This document shows, in pieces, positions 56,825 through 64,000 of a DNA stretch of 64,000 bases; position 1 is the first letter of the stretch, and every line of letters begins with the position of its first letter. Made by a program: the position numbers and the translations under genes. The stretch comes from an uncultured cyanobacterium (lineage in GTDB: Bacteria; Cyanobacteriota; Cyanobacteriia; CAKZMO01). The stretch lies in the NCBI GenBank assembly GCA_963719515.1, contig CAVRCJ010000008.1, positions 64,001 to 128,000 on the forward strand, written 5' to 3'. Below the pieces are notes generated by a model. The model made no database searches, was not told the DNA's origin, and saw only the letters and a list, made by a program, of their open reading frames with translations.

Positions 56825-58408
56825 CTACGAGCGCGCCTGAATGACGCGCACAAACTCAGACCCAACGATGCGCGGCTCACCCTCCACTAGCTGCACCGTG
56901 AAGGTTCGCGCCTCGCGCTGCCTCGAGCCATCGCTGTAGGTGTAAATGTTTTCTCCCACCAGCGTCAGCGCGTCTGCGTCCTGCTCACGCACCTGCAGAT
57001 TTTCTACCGCGACCCGCTGAAAATTTTGAAAGAAGCCGGGGTCAAACTGCGCAGCAAGGACCCCTGCAGTCAGCGATCGCGCCTCTGCCCAAGATTGGGA
57101 TGAGACCTGGTCGTAAAACTCGGTGACCGTTGCCTGGGCGACAGCTGGGGTCAATTCGTCCGCCGGGTTAGCCTGGGTCGCCGTTGGGGAAATTGGCGGG
57201 GGCGCGCAGGCTCGCCAAGCGAAAGCTCCCGCACCGAAGACGGCGGCGATCGCCATCAGGGTAGGGAGCAGGCGGCCTGAAGGTCTACGGTTCGGTCTCA
57301 GGGGAGAGGCGGCCGCAATCTCTGTGTGACCCCGGCTGAAGCTTTCAGAGGCTCTGGGGCGACCCACCACGGCCACCGTCTGCTGGTCTGGGTCGGGCTG
57401 GGGCGGTGGCGGCGCGGGCTGCGGAGAGGACGCGTTGTCCCTCGCAGGATCTCCGCTGGCGCTGGACTCGCTGAGGGCGGCAGGAAGATGCTGGCTGAGG
57501 GCAGCAGGCAAAGACTGCAGGGCGGCGATCGCCTCTCGGGCTGTGGGGTAGCGGGTACGAAAGTCGTAGCGCACCATGACGTCTAGCACAGACACAAGAC
57601 CGGCAGGCGCGCCGGGGGCATAGCGGTGCCAGTCAATTTCCCCAGTGCTGGAATTGTGGGTGAGCTGCTCAGTCTGCTGCCCCGTAAGGGCCTGAATACC
57701 CATGATGCCCACCGCATAGATATCGCTGCTAAAGCGCGGCTGTCCCGAGAGCTGCTCGCTGGGCATGTAGCCCTGGGTGCCGACGGCCACGGTGTTGGCC
57801 GTACCGGGCTCCAAGTTGACAAGCTGGGTACCGACTTGCTTCACCGCGCCAAAATCTATGGTTACGATCCGGGAATCGCGGTCTCTACGAATGAGGTTGG
57901 AGGGCTTTAGGTCGCGGTGAATGACCCGGTGGTCATGGACGAAGGTCAGCGTGCCCAAAACGTCCCCCAAAAAAGCCACCACATGGGCCGCGTCCCAGGA
58001 CAATCCATTGAATTCTTCTGTCAGGGAGTGGCCGTCAATCAACTCCTGGGCCAGATAAAATTCGCCGTTTTCTTCGAAGTGAGCCAGCAGACGGGGAATT
58101 TGGGGGTGATTGCCGAGTTCGTAGAGGGCGCGGGCCTCGGTGTCAAACAGTCGCCGGGCCACCTGCAGCTGTTGAGCGCCGCGATCGTGAGGTTTGAGCT
58201 GCTTGATGACGCACTGGGGCTGCCCAGGGAGATGCAGGTCTTGAGCCAAAAAGGTCTGCCCAAATCCGCCCGCCCCAAGCTGCTTGAGGATGCTGTAGCG
58301 GCCCCCTAGAGCTGGCCCGGAGTCCGAGCGGAAAGATCGAAGAAAATTTAGCGCCATGCTCGCTATTGTATCTGGACTCGACTTTGTGAGTGATACAGCA
58401 TTTTCCAT
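56825..58408 (-). CDS. Hanks-type Ser/Thr protein kinase with TM and C-terminal domain
   Basis: LGAGGFGQTFLA, CVIKQL, HPQIP, IHRDLKPSN, IDFGAVK, GTQGYMPSEQ, SDIYAVG. Start uncertain. Confidence 0.93.
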   Translation of the reverse strand: MENAVSLTKSSPDTIASMALNFLRSFRSDSGPALGGRYSILKQLGAGGFGQTFLAQDLHLPGQPQCVIKQLKPHDRGAQQLQVARRLFDTEARALYELGNHPQIPRLLAHFEENGEFYLAQELIDGHSLTEEFNGLSWDAAHVVAFLGDVLGTLTFVHDHRVIHRDLKPSNLIRRDRDSRIVTIDFGAVKQVGTQLVNLEPGTANTVAVGTQGYMPSEQLSGQPRFSSDIYAVGIMGIQALTGQQTEQLTHNSSTGEIDWHRYAPGAPAGLVSVLDVMVRYDFRTRYPTAREAIAALQSLPAALSQHLPAALSESSASGDPARDNASSPQPAPPPPQPDPDQQTVAVVGRPRASESFSRGHTEIAAASPLRPNRRPSGRLLPTLMAIAAVFGAGAFAWRACAPPPISPTATQANPADELTPAVAQATVTEFYDQVSSQSWAEARSLTAGVLAAQFDPGFFQNFQRVAVENLQVREQDADALTLVGENIYTYSDGSRQREARTFTVQLVEGEPRIVGSEFVRVIQARS

Positions 58409-58567
58409 GCTGGTGGAGTACGGGTGGTAGTGGCGCGGTGCGCCACTACCACCCAAATCCATACCTCACGCGACTGGAAATCGCTATATGCCGATCTAAA
58501 GTGTGGAGTGTGGGGTATAAGATCAACTGTGGAATCACTGCAGCATTCATCATACGGAGAACTGTCA

Positions 58568-59101
58568 ATGGGACTTTTCGATCAGGTCATTGGGGCAATC
58601 GACAACCCGAAACAGCAGGCTAGCAGCAGCGACCTGGGCGCTATTTTGGGCACGGTGCAGCAGCTCGGCGGAAGTCAGGGCGCTAGCTCAGACAACATTC
58701 AAACGCTGATGTCGATCGTAGGCCAGTACGCCCGCTCTTCGCTTAAAGAAACGAGCCAGACTGCCGGTCGCGGCCAAGCCGAGGAAATGGTCGATCGCTT
58801 CGCCGGTACGGGCCCCAGCACGGATGCGATGCAGGCTCTATTTTCTCCTCGTCAGCGAGATGAAATTGCCAACACTGCCGCACAGCGCACCGGTCTCAAT
58901 CGAGACACCATCATGACCCTCCTGCCGATTGTGGTTCCCCTGGTGCTTAAGTTCCTCAAAACGGGATCCAGCGCGTCTGGAGTGCCCCGTCAAAATCAGT
59001 CCAACTCAGTGCTGAGCATGTTCCTAGATTCCGACAATGATGGTGATGTGGATATGGGGGATGCCATCGCCATGGCGGGGCGCTTTTTGAGCAACCGGTA
59101 G
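58568..59101 (+). CDS. DUF937-like protein
   Basis: MGLFDQVIGAIDNP...AQRTGL...LLPIVVP...FLDSDNDGDVDMGD; GGAG RBS. Confidence 0.78.
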   Translation: MGLFDQVIGAIDNPKQQASSSDLGAILGTVQQLGGSQGASSDNIQTLMSIVGQYARSSLKETSQTAGRGQAEEMVDRFAGTGPSTDAMQALFSPRQRDEIANTAAQRTGLNRDTIMTLLPIVVPLVLKFLKTGSSASGVPRQNQSNSVLSMFLDSDNDGDVDMGDAIAMAGRFLSNR

Positions 59102-59142
59102 CCTCCCGCCATAAGCCCCCGCCACAAGCTGTAAGCCCGCCC

Positions 59143-59937
59143 TCAATCCTTTAGTGTCGGCGGGCGGAACAGCTTCTCGACCGCCGAGACGATCGCCTGG
59201 CGGGGCAAAAATCTCGGCAGGTTGGCGGTGAATTGGTTCATGACGCTGCCGCTGACGACTACAGAATCGTCCGAATCGATCGCCTTCAGGATGTCTTCTA
59301 CGACCGTTTTAGGAGAGGTGGTTTGCTGCATACCCCCCCCTGAGAGCGAGTCGGGAAATCCTGCCTCATCAAAGAACTTTGTGTCTGTGGGGCCTGGGCA
59401 GATGCAGGAGACCTGAACGCCGTCTGTCTTTACCTCCGCCCAGAGCGCTTCGCTAAAGCTGAGAACAAAAGACTTAGAGGCTGCGTATATCGACAGGTAA
59501 GGAATGGGCTGAAACGCCGCAATGGAGGCGATGTTGATGATGCTGCCGCGCTGGCGCGATCGCATCCCTGGCAAAAACTGATAGGTCAGGTCCACCAGCG
59601 CCAGAACGTTGAGCCGTACCATATCCAGGTGGCGCTCTCGGGGGCGATCGCCAAAGGCCCCGTATTCCCCGAATCCGGCGTTGTTTACCAAAATATCCAC
59701 CGCCAGCCCCTGCTGCTCCGTGGCGGCATAGACGGCTTGAGCTGCGTCAGGCTCCGTCAAGTCCTGGACCACCACGTCAGCGCGAATGCCGTGGCGCTGC
59801 TTGAGCTCCTCGGCGAGCGCATAGAGGACGTCTTCTGAGCGGGCCACCAAAACAAGATTGATGCCCTTTGCGGCCATCTCCTCGGCCAGGGTTTTCCCAA
59901 TGCCCGAAGATGCGCCTGTGACTAACGCTGTTCGCAT
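59143..59937 (-). CDS. SDR family oxidoreductase
   Basis: ALVTGASSGIG, LVNNAGFG, YAASK, CPGPT. Confidence 0.92.
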   Translation of the reverse strand: MRTALVTGASSGIGKTLAEEMAAKGINLVLVARSEDVLYALAEELKQRHGIRADVVVQDLTEPDAAQAVYAATEQQGLAVDILVNNAGFGEYGAFGDRPRERHLDMVRLNVLALVDLTYQFLPGMRSRQRGSIINIASIAAFQPIPYLSIYAASKSFVLSFSEALWAEVKTDGVQVSCICPGPTDTKFFDEAGFPDSLSGGGMQQTTSPKTVVEDILKAIDSDDSVVVSGSVMNQFTANLPRFLPRQAIVSAVEKLFRPPTLKD

Positions 59938-59974
59938 GCTGCTGTTCCGTAAACGCCATCCAAATTCTAGCGAT

Positions 59975-60655
59975 CTACAGCCTGTCCATGCCGCGACGGA
60001 GCTTTTTGGGTAAAGACAATCCTAAGTTCTGATGGAAATCCTGCTGCACCTTACGGGTCAACCGGCGAGAGACCTGACGCACAATTTGGGTGATGAGGCG
60101 ATCGCCCGTCGACTGGATGAGCCCTAGCGGTAGCGCGTGGATAAAGCCCGGAAACTGGATCAGTACGGTGAGATCTAGCGCCCACTTGACCTCCGTCACC
60201 AACTGCGCGCCTTGAGCAACCTCAAAGAGCTCTAGCGCCGCCTGAAAGTCAACTTCGTAGCCCAGGTATTGGGCCTCCGGAATCGGAATGGTTTGAATGC
60301 GGTACACTCCGGACTGCTGCGGCAGCAGCTCTAGGCCGATACGGGGCTCTACGTCGTAACCGAACGCGCCGAATCGACCAATTCTAAGGTCGTAGCCGTT
60401 TTTGCCAATGGCTTCAACCGACATGGGGTGAGCGCACCGATGGAACCAATCGCTGTGGTCATCAAGGTAGTGCGCGACAACCTCTGACGAGGCGTTCATC
60501 ACCATACTGCTCGACGAGTGGCTGTGAAATGCGATTGGTTCGTGGGTCTCAACCGATTCCAAGGCGAAATCTCCAGCATCCGGTGACACTAACTCTGAGG
60601 CCATTTGTAGAAGGTTGTCTGGCACTGTCTGTTGGTTCCGAGAGTTGGCCTGCAT
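59975..60655 (-). CDS. DUF1997-like protein
   Basis: YLDDHSDWFHRCAHPM, IGRFGAFGYDVEPRIGLELLP, IQSTGDRL..QIVRQVSRRLT.KVQ.DFH. Confidence 0.8.
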   Translation of the reverse strand: MQANSRNQQTVPDNLLQMASELVSPDAGDFALESVETHEPIAFHSHSSSSMVMNASSEVVAHYLDDHSDWFHRCAHPMSVEAIGKNGYDLRIGRFGAFGYDVEPRIGLELLPQQSGVYRIQTIPIPEAQYLGYEVDFQAALELFEVAQGAQLVTEVKWALDLTVLIQFPGFIHALPLGLIQSTGDRLITQIVRQVSRRLTRKVQQDFHQNLGLSLPKKLRRGMDRL

Positions 60656-61117
60656 AAGCGACGGGGACTCGAGTAGGTCTATACAACAACGTGAGATAGG
60701 GCAATCAGCCGCAAGTCCTGGTAGGGATAGCAGAATATCCTGCTTACAGGAGATGCCGCTAATGTGACCAAGCTCGACAATGGGTACTCGGGACGAAGCT
60801 GTGAACCGATGGCGTTGTCTAGCAAGCCATCGCCTCGGTGGTGTAACCGAATCATAGCGCCATCGCTAGGGTCGAGGTCAATACCCAATGTCTTTAAATG
60901 CCCGTGTCTTTGATGCCCGTGTCTTTGATGCCCAGGGTCTTTAATCAAGATACATAGGGCTACGCTATGATTCCTCATAACTTAGAAAAAGAATCAGCTT
61001 ACGATAGCTCGATTTTATGTAGTTTGATTGTGATCGTCGACAGCAGCAGCCGTAATCTGGCTCAACTGGGCGATCGCCGTCGCAGCCGCACCCAAGTTAT
61101 CTCAATACCAAAAACCA

Positions 61118-61777
61118 ATGAAAGCATTTGTCGCAGGGGCTACAGGAGAAACCGGTCGTCGCATCGTCCAGGCGCTCGTTGAGCGTCAGATTCCGGTGAG
61201 AGCCCTAGTTCGAGACTTGGACAAAGGCCGCAGCATTTTGCCCGCAGCGGTAGAGCTAGTGGTGGGCGACGTGCTCAAACCCGACACCCTAGCCGACGCG
61301 ATCGCCGACAGCACCGTGCTGCTGAGCGCCACGGGAGCCGCCCCTAGCTTTGATCCCACCGGTCCCTACAAAGTCGACTACGAGGGCAATAAGAACCTGG
61401 TGGATGCGGCTAAAGCGGCAGGCCTAGAGCAGTTTGTGATGGTGTCTTCGATGTGCGTCTCCCGCTTTTTCCATCCGCTCAACCTGTTCTGGCTGATTCT
61501 TTACTGGAAGAAGCAGGCCGAAGACTACCTCCAAAGCAGCGGCATGCCCTACACCATTGTTCGCCCCGGCGGGCTGAAGAACGAAGACGGCAGCGATCCC
61601 ATCGTCATGGGCGAAGCCGACACCCTGTTCGAGGGGAGCATCCCGCGATCGCAGGTGGCTCAGGTGTGCGTGGAGGCGCTGTTTGAGTCTGAGGCGAAGA
61701 ACAAAGTCGTGGAGATTGTCGCCAGCGCTGAGGCTCCCAAAAAGCCGATAGAAGAGCTGTTTGCCCAAGTGGGATAG
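61118..61777 (+). CDS. NAD(P)H-binding atypical SDR (NmrA-like)
   Basis: FVAGATGETG, VRALVRD, VDYEGNKNL, YTIVRPGGL, IPR..VA.VCV. Confidence 0.9.
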   Translation: MKAFVAGATGETGRRIVQALVERQIPVRALVRDLDKGRSILPAAVELVVGDVLKPDTLADAIADSTVLLSATGAAPSFDPTGPYKVDYEGNKNLVDAAKAAGLEQFVMVSSMCVSRFFHPLNLFWLILYWKKQAEDYLQSSGMPYTIVRPGGLKNEDGSDPIVMGEADTLFEGSIPRSQVAQVCVEALFESEAKNKVVEIVASAEAPKKPIEELFAQVG

Positions 61778-61886
61778 GTTTTCTGCAGGCAACAGGCGGC
61801 GGGGGAACAACCGTCCCCTTCGTAGCCGCCTCATCTTTAGAAATCGTTACCATAAAAGGAGCTTCTCTTTAGGCAAGCTTTACCCC

Positions 61887-63239
61887 ATGCAGGTTCCCCT
61901 AGTCGGAAAAGTTCGTCGCCCAGGCCTAATTGCCCTTGCCGTCGCTGGCATTCTCAGCATCGGCGGCCTAGCGGCCTACGTCGCCTACCAGCGCCAAACC
62001 CGCCAGGTCGACACCGAGGCGCTCACGGTGCCTGTGGAGTCGCAGCCCTTAGCGGTGCGGATTACCGCCAGCGGCACTGTTGAAGCGGTGGACAGCGTCA
62101 ACCTCAGCCCCCGCACCTCAGACGTGCTGATCGAGGTTTTTGTTGAGCAGGGCGATCGCGTCGCTGAGGGGCAGGTGGTGGCCCGCATGAAGAGCAGCGG
62201 CATTGAGGCCGAGATGGCCCAGGCGGAGGCCCGTATCGCTCAGCTAGAGGCCAGCTTAGCGGCGCTAAGCTCAGGGAGCAGGCCAGAAGAAATTGCCCGA
62301 GCTGAGGCCCAGGTGCGGCAGGCCCAGGCCCAGGTGGCCGACGCCGAGGCCCGGCTACAGCTGGCCGAAGCGCGCGTCGAACGCAATCGCGCGCTGGAAG
62401 CTGAGGGTGCGGTAGCGCTTGACGACCTCGACAACGCCATTCAAGAGCAGCAGCGATCGCAGGCCGGTTTGGCTCAGGTCCAGGCCGGCGTCCAGGAGGC
62501 CGAGGACAATCTGCGGCTGTTGCGAAACGGCAGCCGCGCCGAAGACATCACCGTCGCCGAGGCCCAGCTGCAGGAGGCCCGCGCCCAAAAGCAGGGCACT
62601 CAGGTACGCCTTGAAGATACGTTTATTCGCGCACCCTTTGCGGGCATCATTACCCAGAAGTTCGCTACCGAAGGGGCGTTTGTGACCCCCACCACCTCCG
62701 CTTCAGACGCCTCATCAGCGACCTCCTCGGCCATCGTCGCCTTGGCCAAGGGGCTGCAGGTGGTGGCAGAGGTGCCTGAGGTCGACATCGGCGAAATCAC
62801 GCCGGGGCAGCAGGTGGAGGTGGTGGCCGATGCCTACCCCGATCAGACTTTTGAAGGGCGGGTGGAGCGGGTGGCGCCAGAGGCTATCCAGGACCGCAGC
62901 CGGGGAGACTTTACCTACTTCGAGGTGGTGATTGAGCTGGTGAGCGGGCAGGAGGAGCTCAAGTCGGGGATGAAGACTGACGTGACCTTTGTCGGCGACA
63001 ACCTGCAGGAGGCGCTGGTGGTGCCTTCGGTGGCTATTGTCAGCCAGGACGGCCAGCCCGGGGTGCTGGTGACGGATGAGGCGGGGGAGATTCGCTTTCG
63101 GCGGGTGACCCTGGGCTCCCAAGTGGGCAACCAAATCCAGATTTTAGAAGGGGTAGCGTCGGGCGATCGCATTTTCCTAGAGCTGCCCCCCGGTAAGACT
63201 TTGGATAACTTGAACTTTGGCCAAGGGGAAGAAGACTAG
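61887..63239 (+). CDS. efflux transporter periplasmic adaptor (MacA/HlyD-like)
   Basis: TM, ASGTVE, VEQGDRVAEGQ, long coiled coil, IRAPFAGII, VPEVDI, DAYPDQTF.G.V, VVPSVAI. Confidence 0.92.
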   Translation: MQVPLVGKVRRPGLIALAVAGILSIGGLAAYVAYQRQTRQVDTEALTVPVESQPLAVRITASGTVEAVDSVNLSPRTSDVLIEVFVEQGDRVAEGQVVARMKSSGIEAEMAQAEARIAQLEASLAALSSGSRPEEIARAEAQVRQAQAQVADAEARLQLAEARVERNRALEAEGAVALDDLDNAIQEQQRSQAGLAQVQAGVQEAEDNLRLLRNGSRAEDITVAEAQLQEARAQKQGTQVRLEDTFIRAPFAGIITQKFATEGAFVTPTTSASDASSATSSAIVALAKGLQVVAEVPEVDIGEITPGQQVEVVADAYPDQTFEGRVERVAPEAIQDRSRGDFTYFEVVIELVSGQEELKSGMKTDVTFVGDNLQEALVVPSVAIVSQDGQPGVLVTDEAGEIRFRRVTLGSQVGNQIQILEGVASGDRIFLELPPGKTLDNLNFGQGEED

Positions 63240-63241
63240 CC

Positions 63242-64000
63242 ATGAACTTTTTAGAGAGCGTCAAAATGGCCAGCAAGGCGCTGGCCGCCAATAAGCTGCG
63301 CAGCACCCTGACCATGCTGGGGATCATTATTGGCAACGCCTCGGTGATTGCCATGGTGGGGGTGGGAGAGGGGGCCCAGGACTATATCACAGACGAGATT
63401 GAAGGCCTCGGCCCCAACGTGATGTTCGTCGTCCCCGGCAGCCGCGACACCCAGCGGGCCACCTTCAACGTCCCCAAAACCCTGGTGCTAGAGGATGCGG
63501 AGGCGATCGCTGAGCAGGTGCCCTCAGTGGCGGCGGTGGCCCCCGAATATAACACCCGGGGCCTGATTACCCGAGGCAACCGCAACGTCAACGCTACGGT
63601 GGTGGGCACCACCGATGGATTCTTGTCGGTGCGCAACTTTGACATGGGCCAGGGTCAGTTCTTTGGAGAGCTGGACGCCCGCCGCAGCAACCCCGTAGCC
63701 GTGCTGGGGGCGGACCTAGCAGAGCGACTGATGGACAGCCGCGACCCCATCGGCCAGACCATCCGCATTGACGACGTTAGCTTTCGGGTGATTGGGGTGC
63801 TGGATGAGAAGGGGACTAACCTGGGGCTGAACTACGATGACGCCGTGGTGATTCCTCTGCTAACGATGACCAATCGGCTGGTAGGGCGCACCTCCCCCTA
63901 CGGCATTGAGCTAACCTACATCAGCGCCTCGGTGTCTGACCCCGAGCGTATGGACGCCGCCAAGTTTCAGATTGCCAACCTGCTGCGGCTGCGGCACCAG
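63242..64000 (+). CDS. ABC transporter permease (MacB/FtsX-like), truncated by the window end
   Basis: MNFLESVKMASKALAANKLRSTLTMLGIIIGNASVIAMVGVGEG..., later FRVIGVL; starts 2 nt after the adaptor stop and is open to the edge. Confidence 0.92.
   Translation, partial: MNFLESVKMASKALAANKLRSTLTMLGIIIGNASVIAMVGVGEGAQDYITDEIEGLGPNVMFVVPGSRDTQRATFNVPKTLVLEDAEAIAEQVPSVAAVAPEYNTRGLITRGNRNVNATVVGTTDGFLSVRNFDMGQGQFFGELDARRSNPVAVLGADLAERLMDSRDPIGQTIRIDDVSFRVIGVLDEKGTNLGLNYDDAVVIPLLTMTNRLVGRTSPYGIELTYISASVSDPERMDAAKFQIANLLRLRHQ

Larger units (their letters stand above)
1..64000. repeat. HIP1 octamer GCGATCGC dispersed across the window
   Basis: Many copies by eye (e.g. near 465, 4443, 8074, 12632, 30901, 33368, 41169, 48213); not counted exactly. 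Confidence 0.95.

Overview
Cyanobacterial chromosome segment, judged from the abundant HIP1 octamer GCGATCGC and cyanobacterial-type sigA, pilMNOQ and PilL-like CheA; a GC-rich filamentous Leptolyngbya/Nodosilinea-like lineage is plausible but is inference only. About 1-31.6 kb and 55.5-64 kb are mostly core genes: CheA/PilL hybrid kinase, tsaC, GH116, sigA, pilMNOQ, HU, cobD, purH, GH15/phosphorylase-kinase-like protein, WecB/TagA glycosyltransferase, ftsE, kinases, SDRs and a MacAB-like exporter. About 31.7-55.3 kb is accessory and holds the best leads: (1) a convergent cluster whose fully reducing PKS module ends in a PLP alpha-oxoamine synthase domain, next to a 3-ketodihydrosphingosine-reductase-like SDR, an AT-less KS, a GT-C-like membrane protein, a PagL-like barrel and a remodelled LeuB paralog, i.e. 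a candidate sphingoid/aminolipid pathway; (2) an LRR-Roc-COR-TIR protein whose 69-nt repeats are near-identical except at three ligand-facing codons; (3) a nested, mutually exclusive RNA structure that can sequester or release the RBS of a small unknown ORF. A separate ~460-nt highly structured non-coding region lies at 6.73-7.19 kb. I found no tRNA, rRNA, CRISPR array, transposase or reverse transcriptase. All calls come from reading motifs by eye; no database searches were run.
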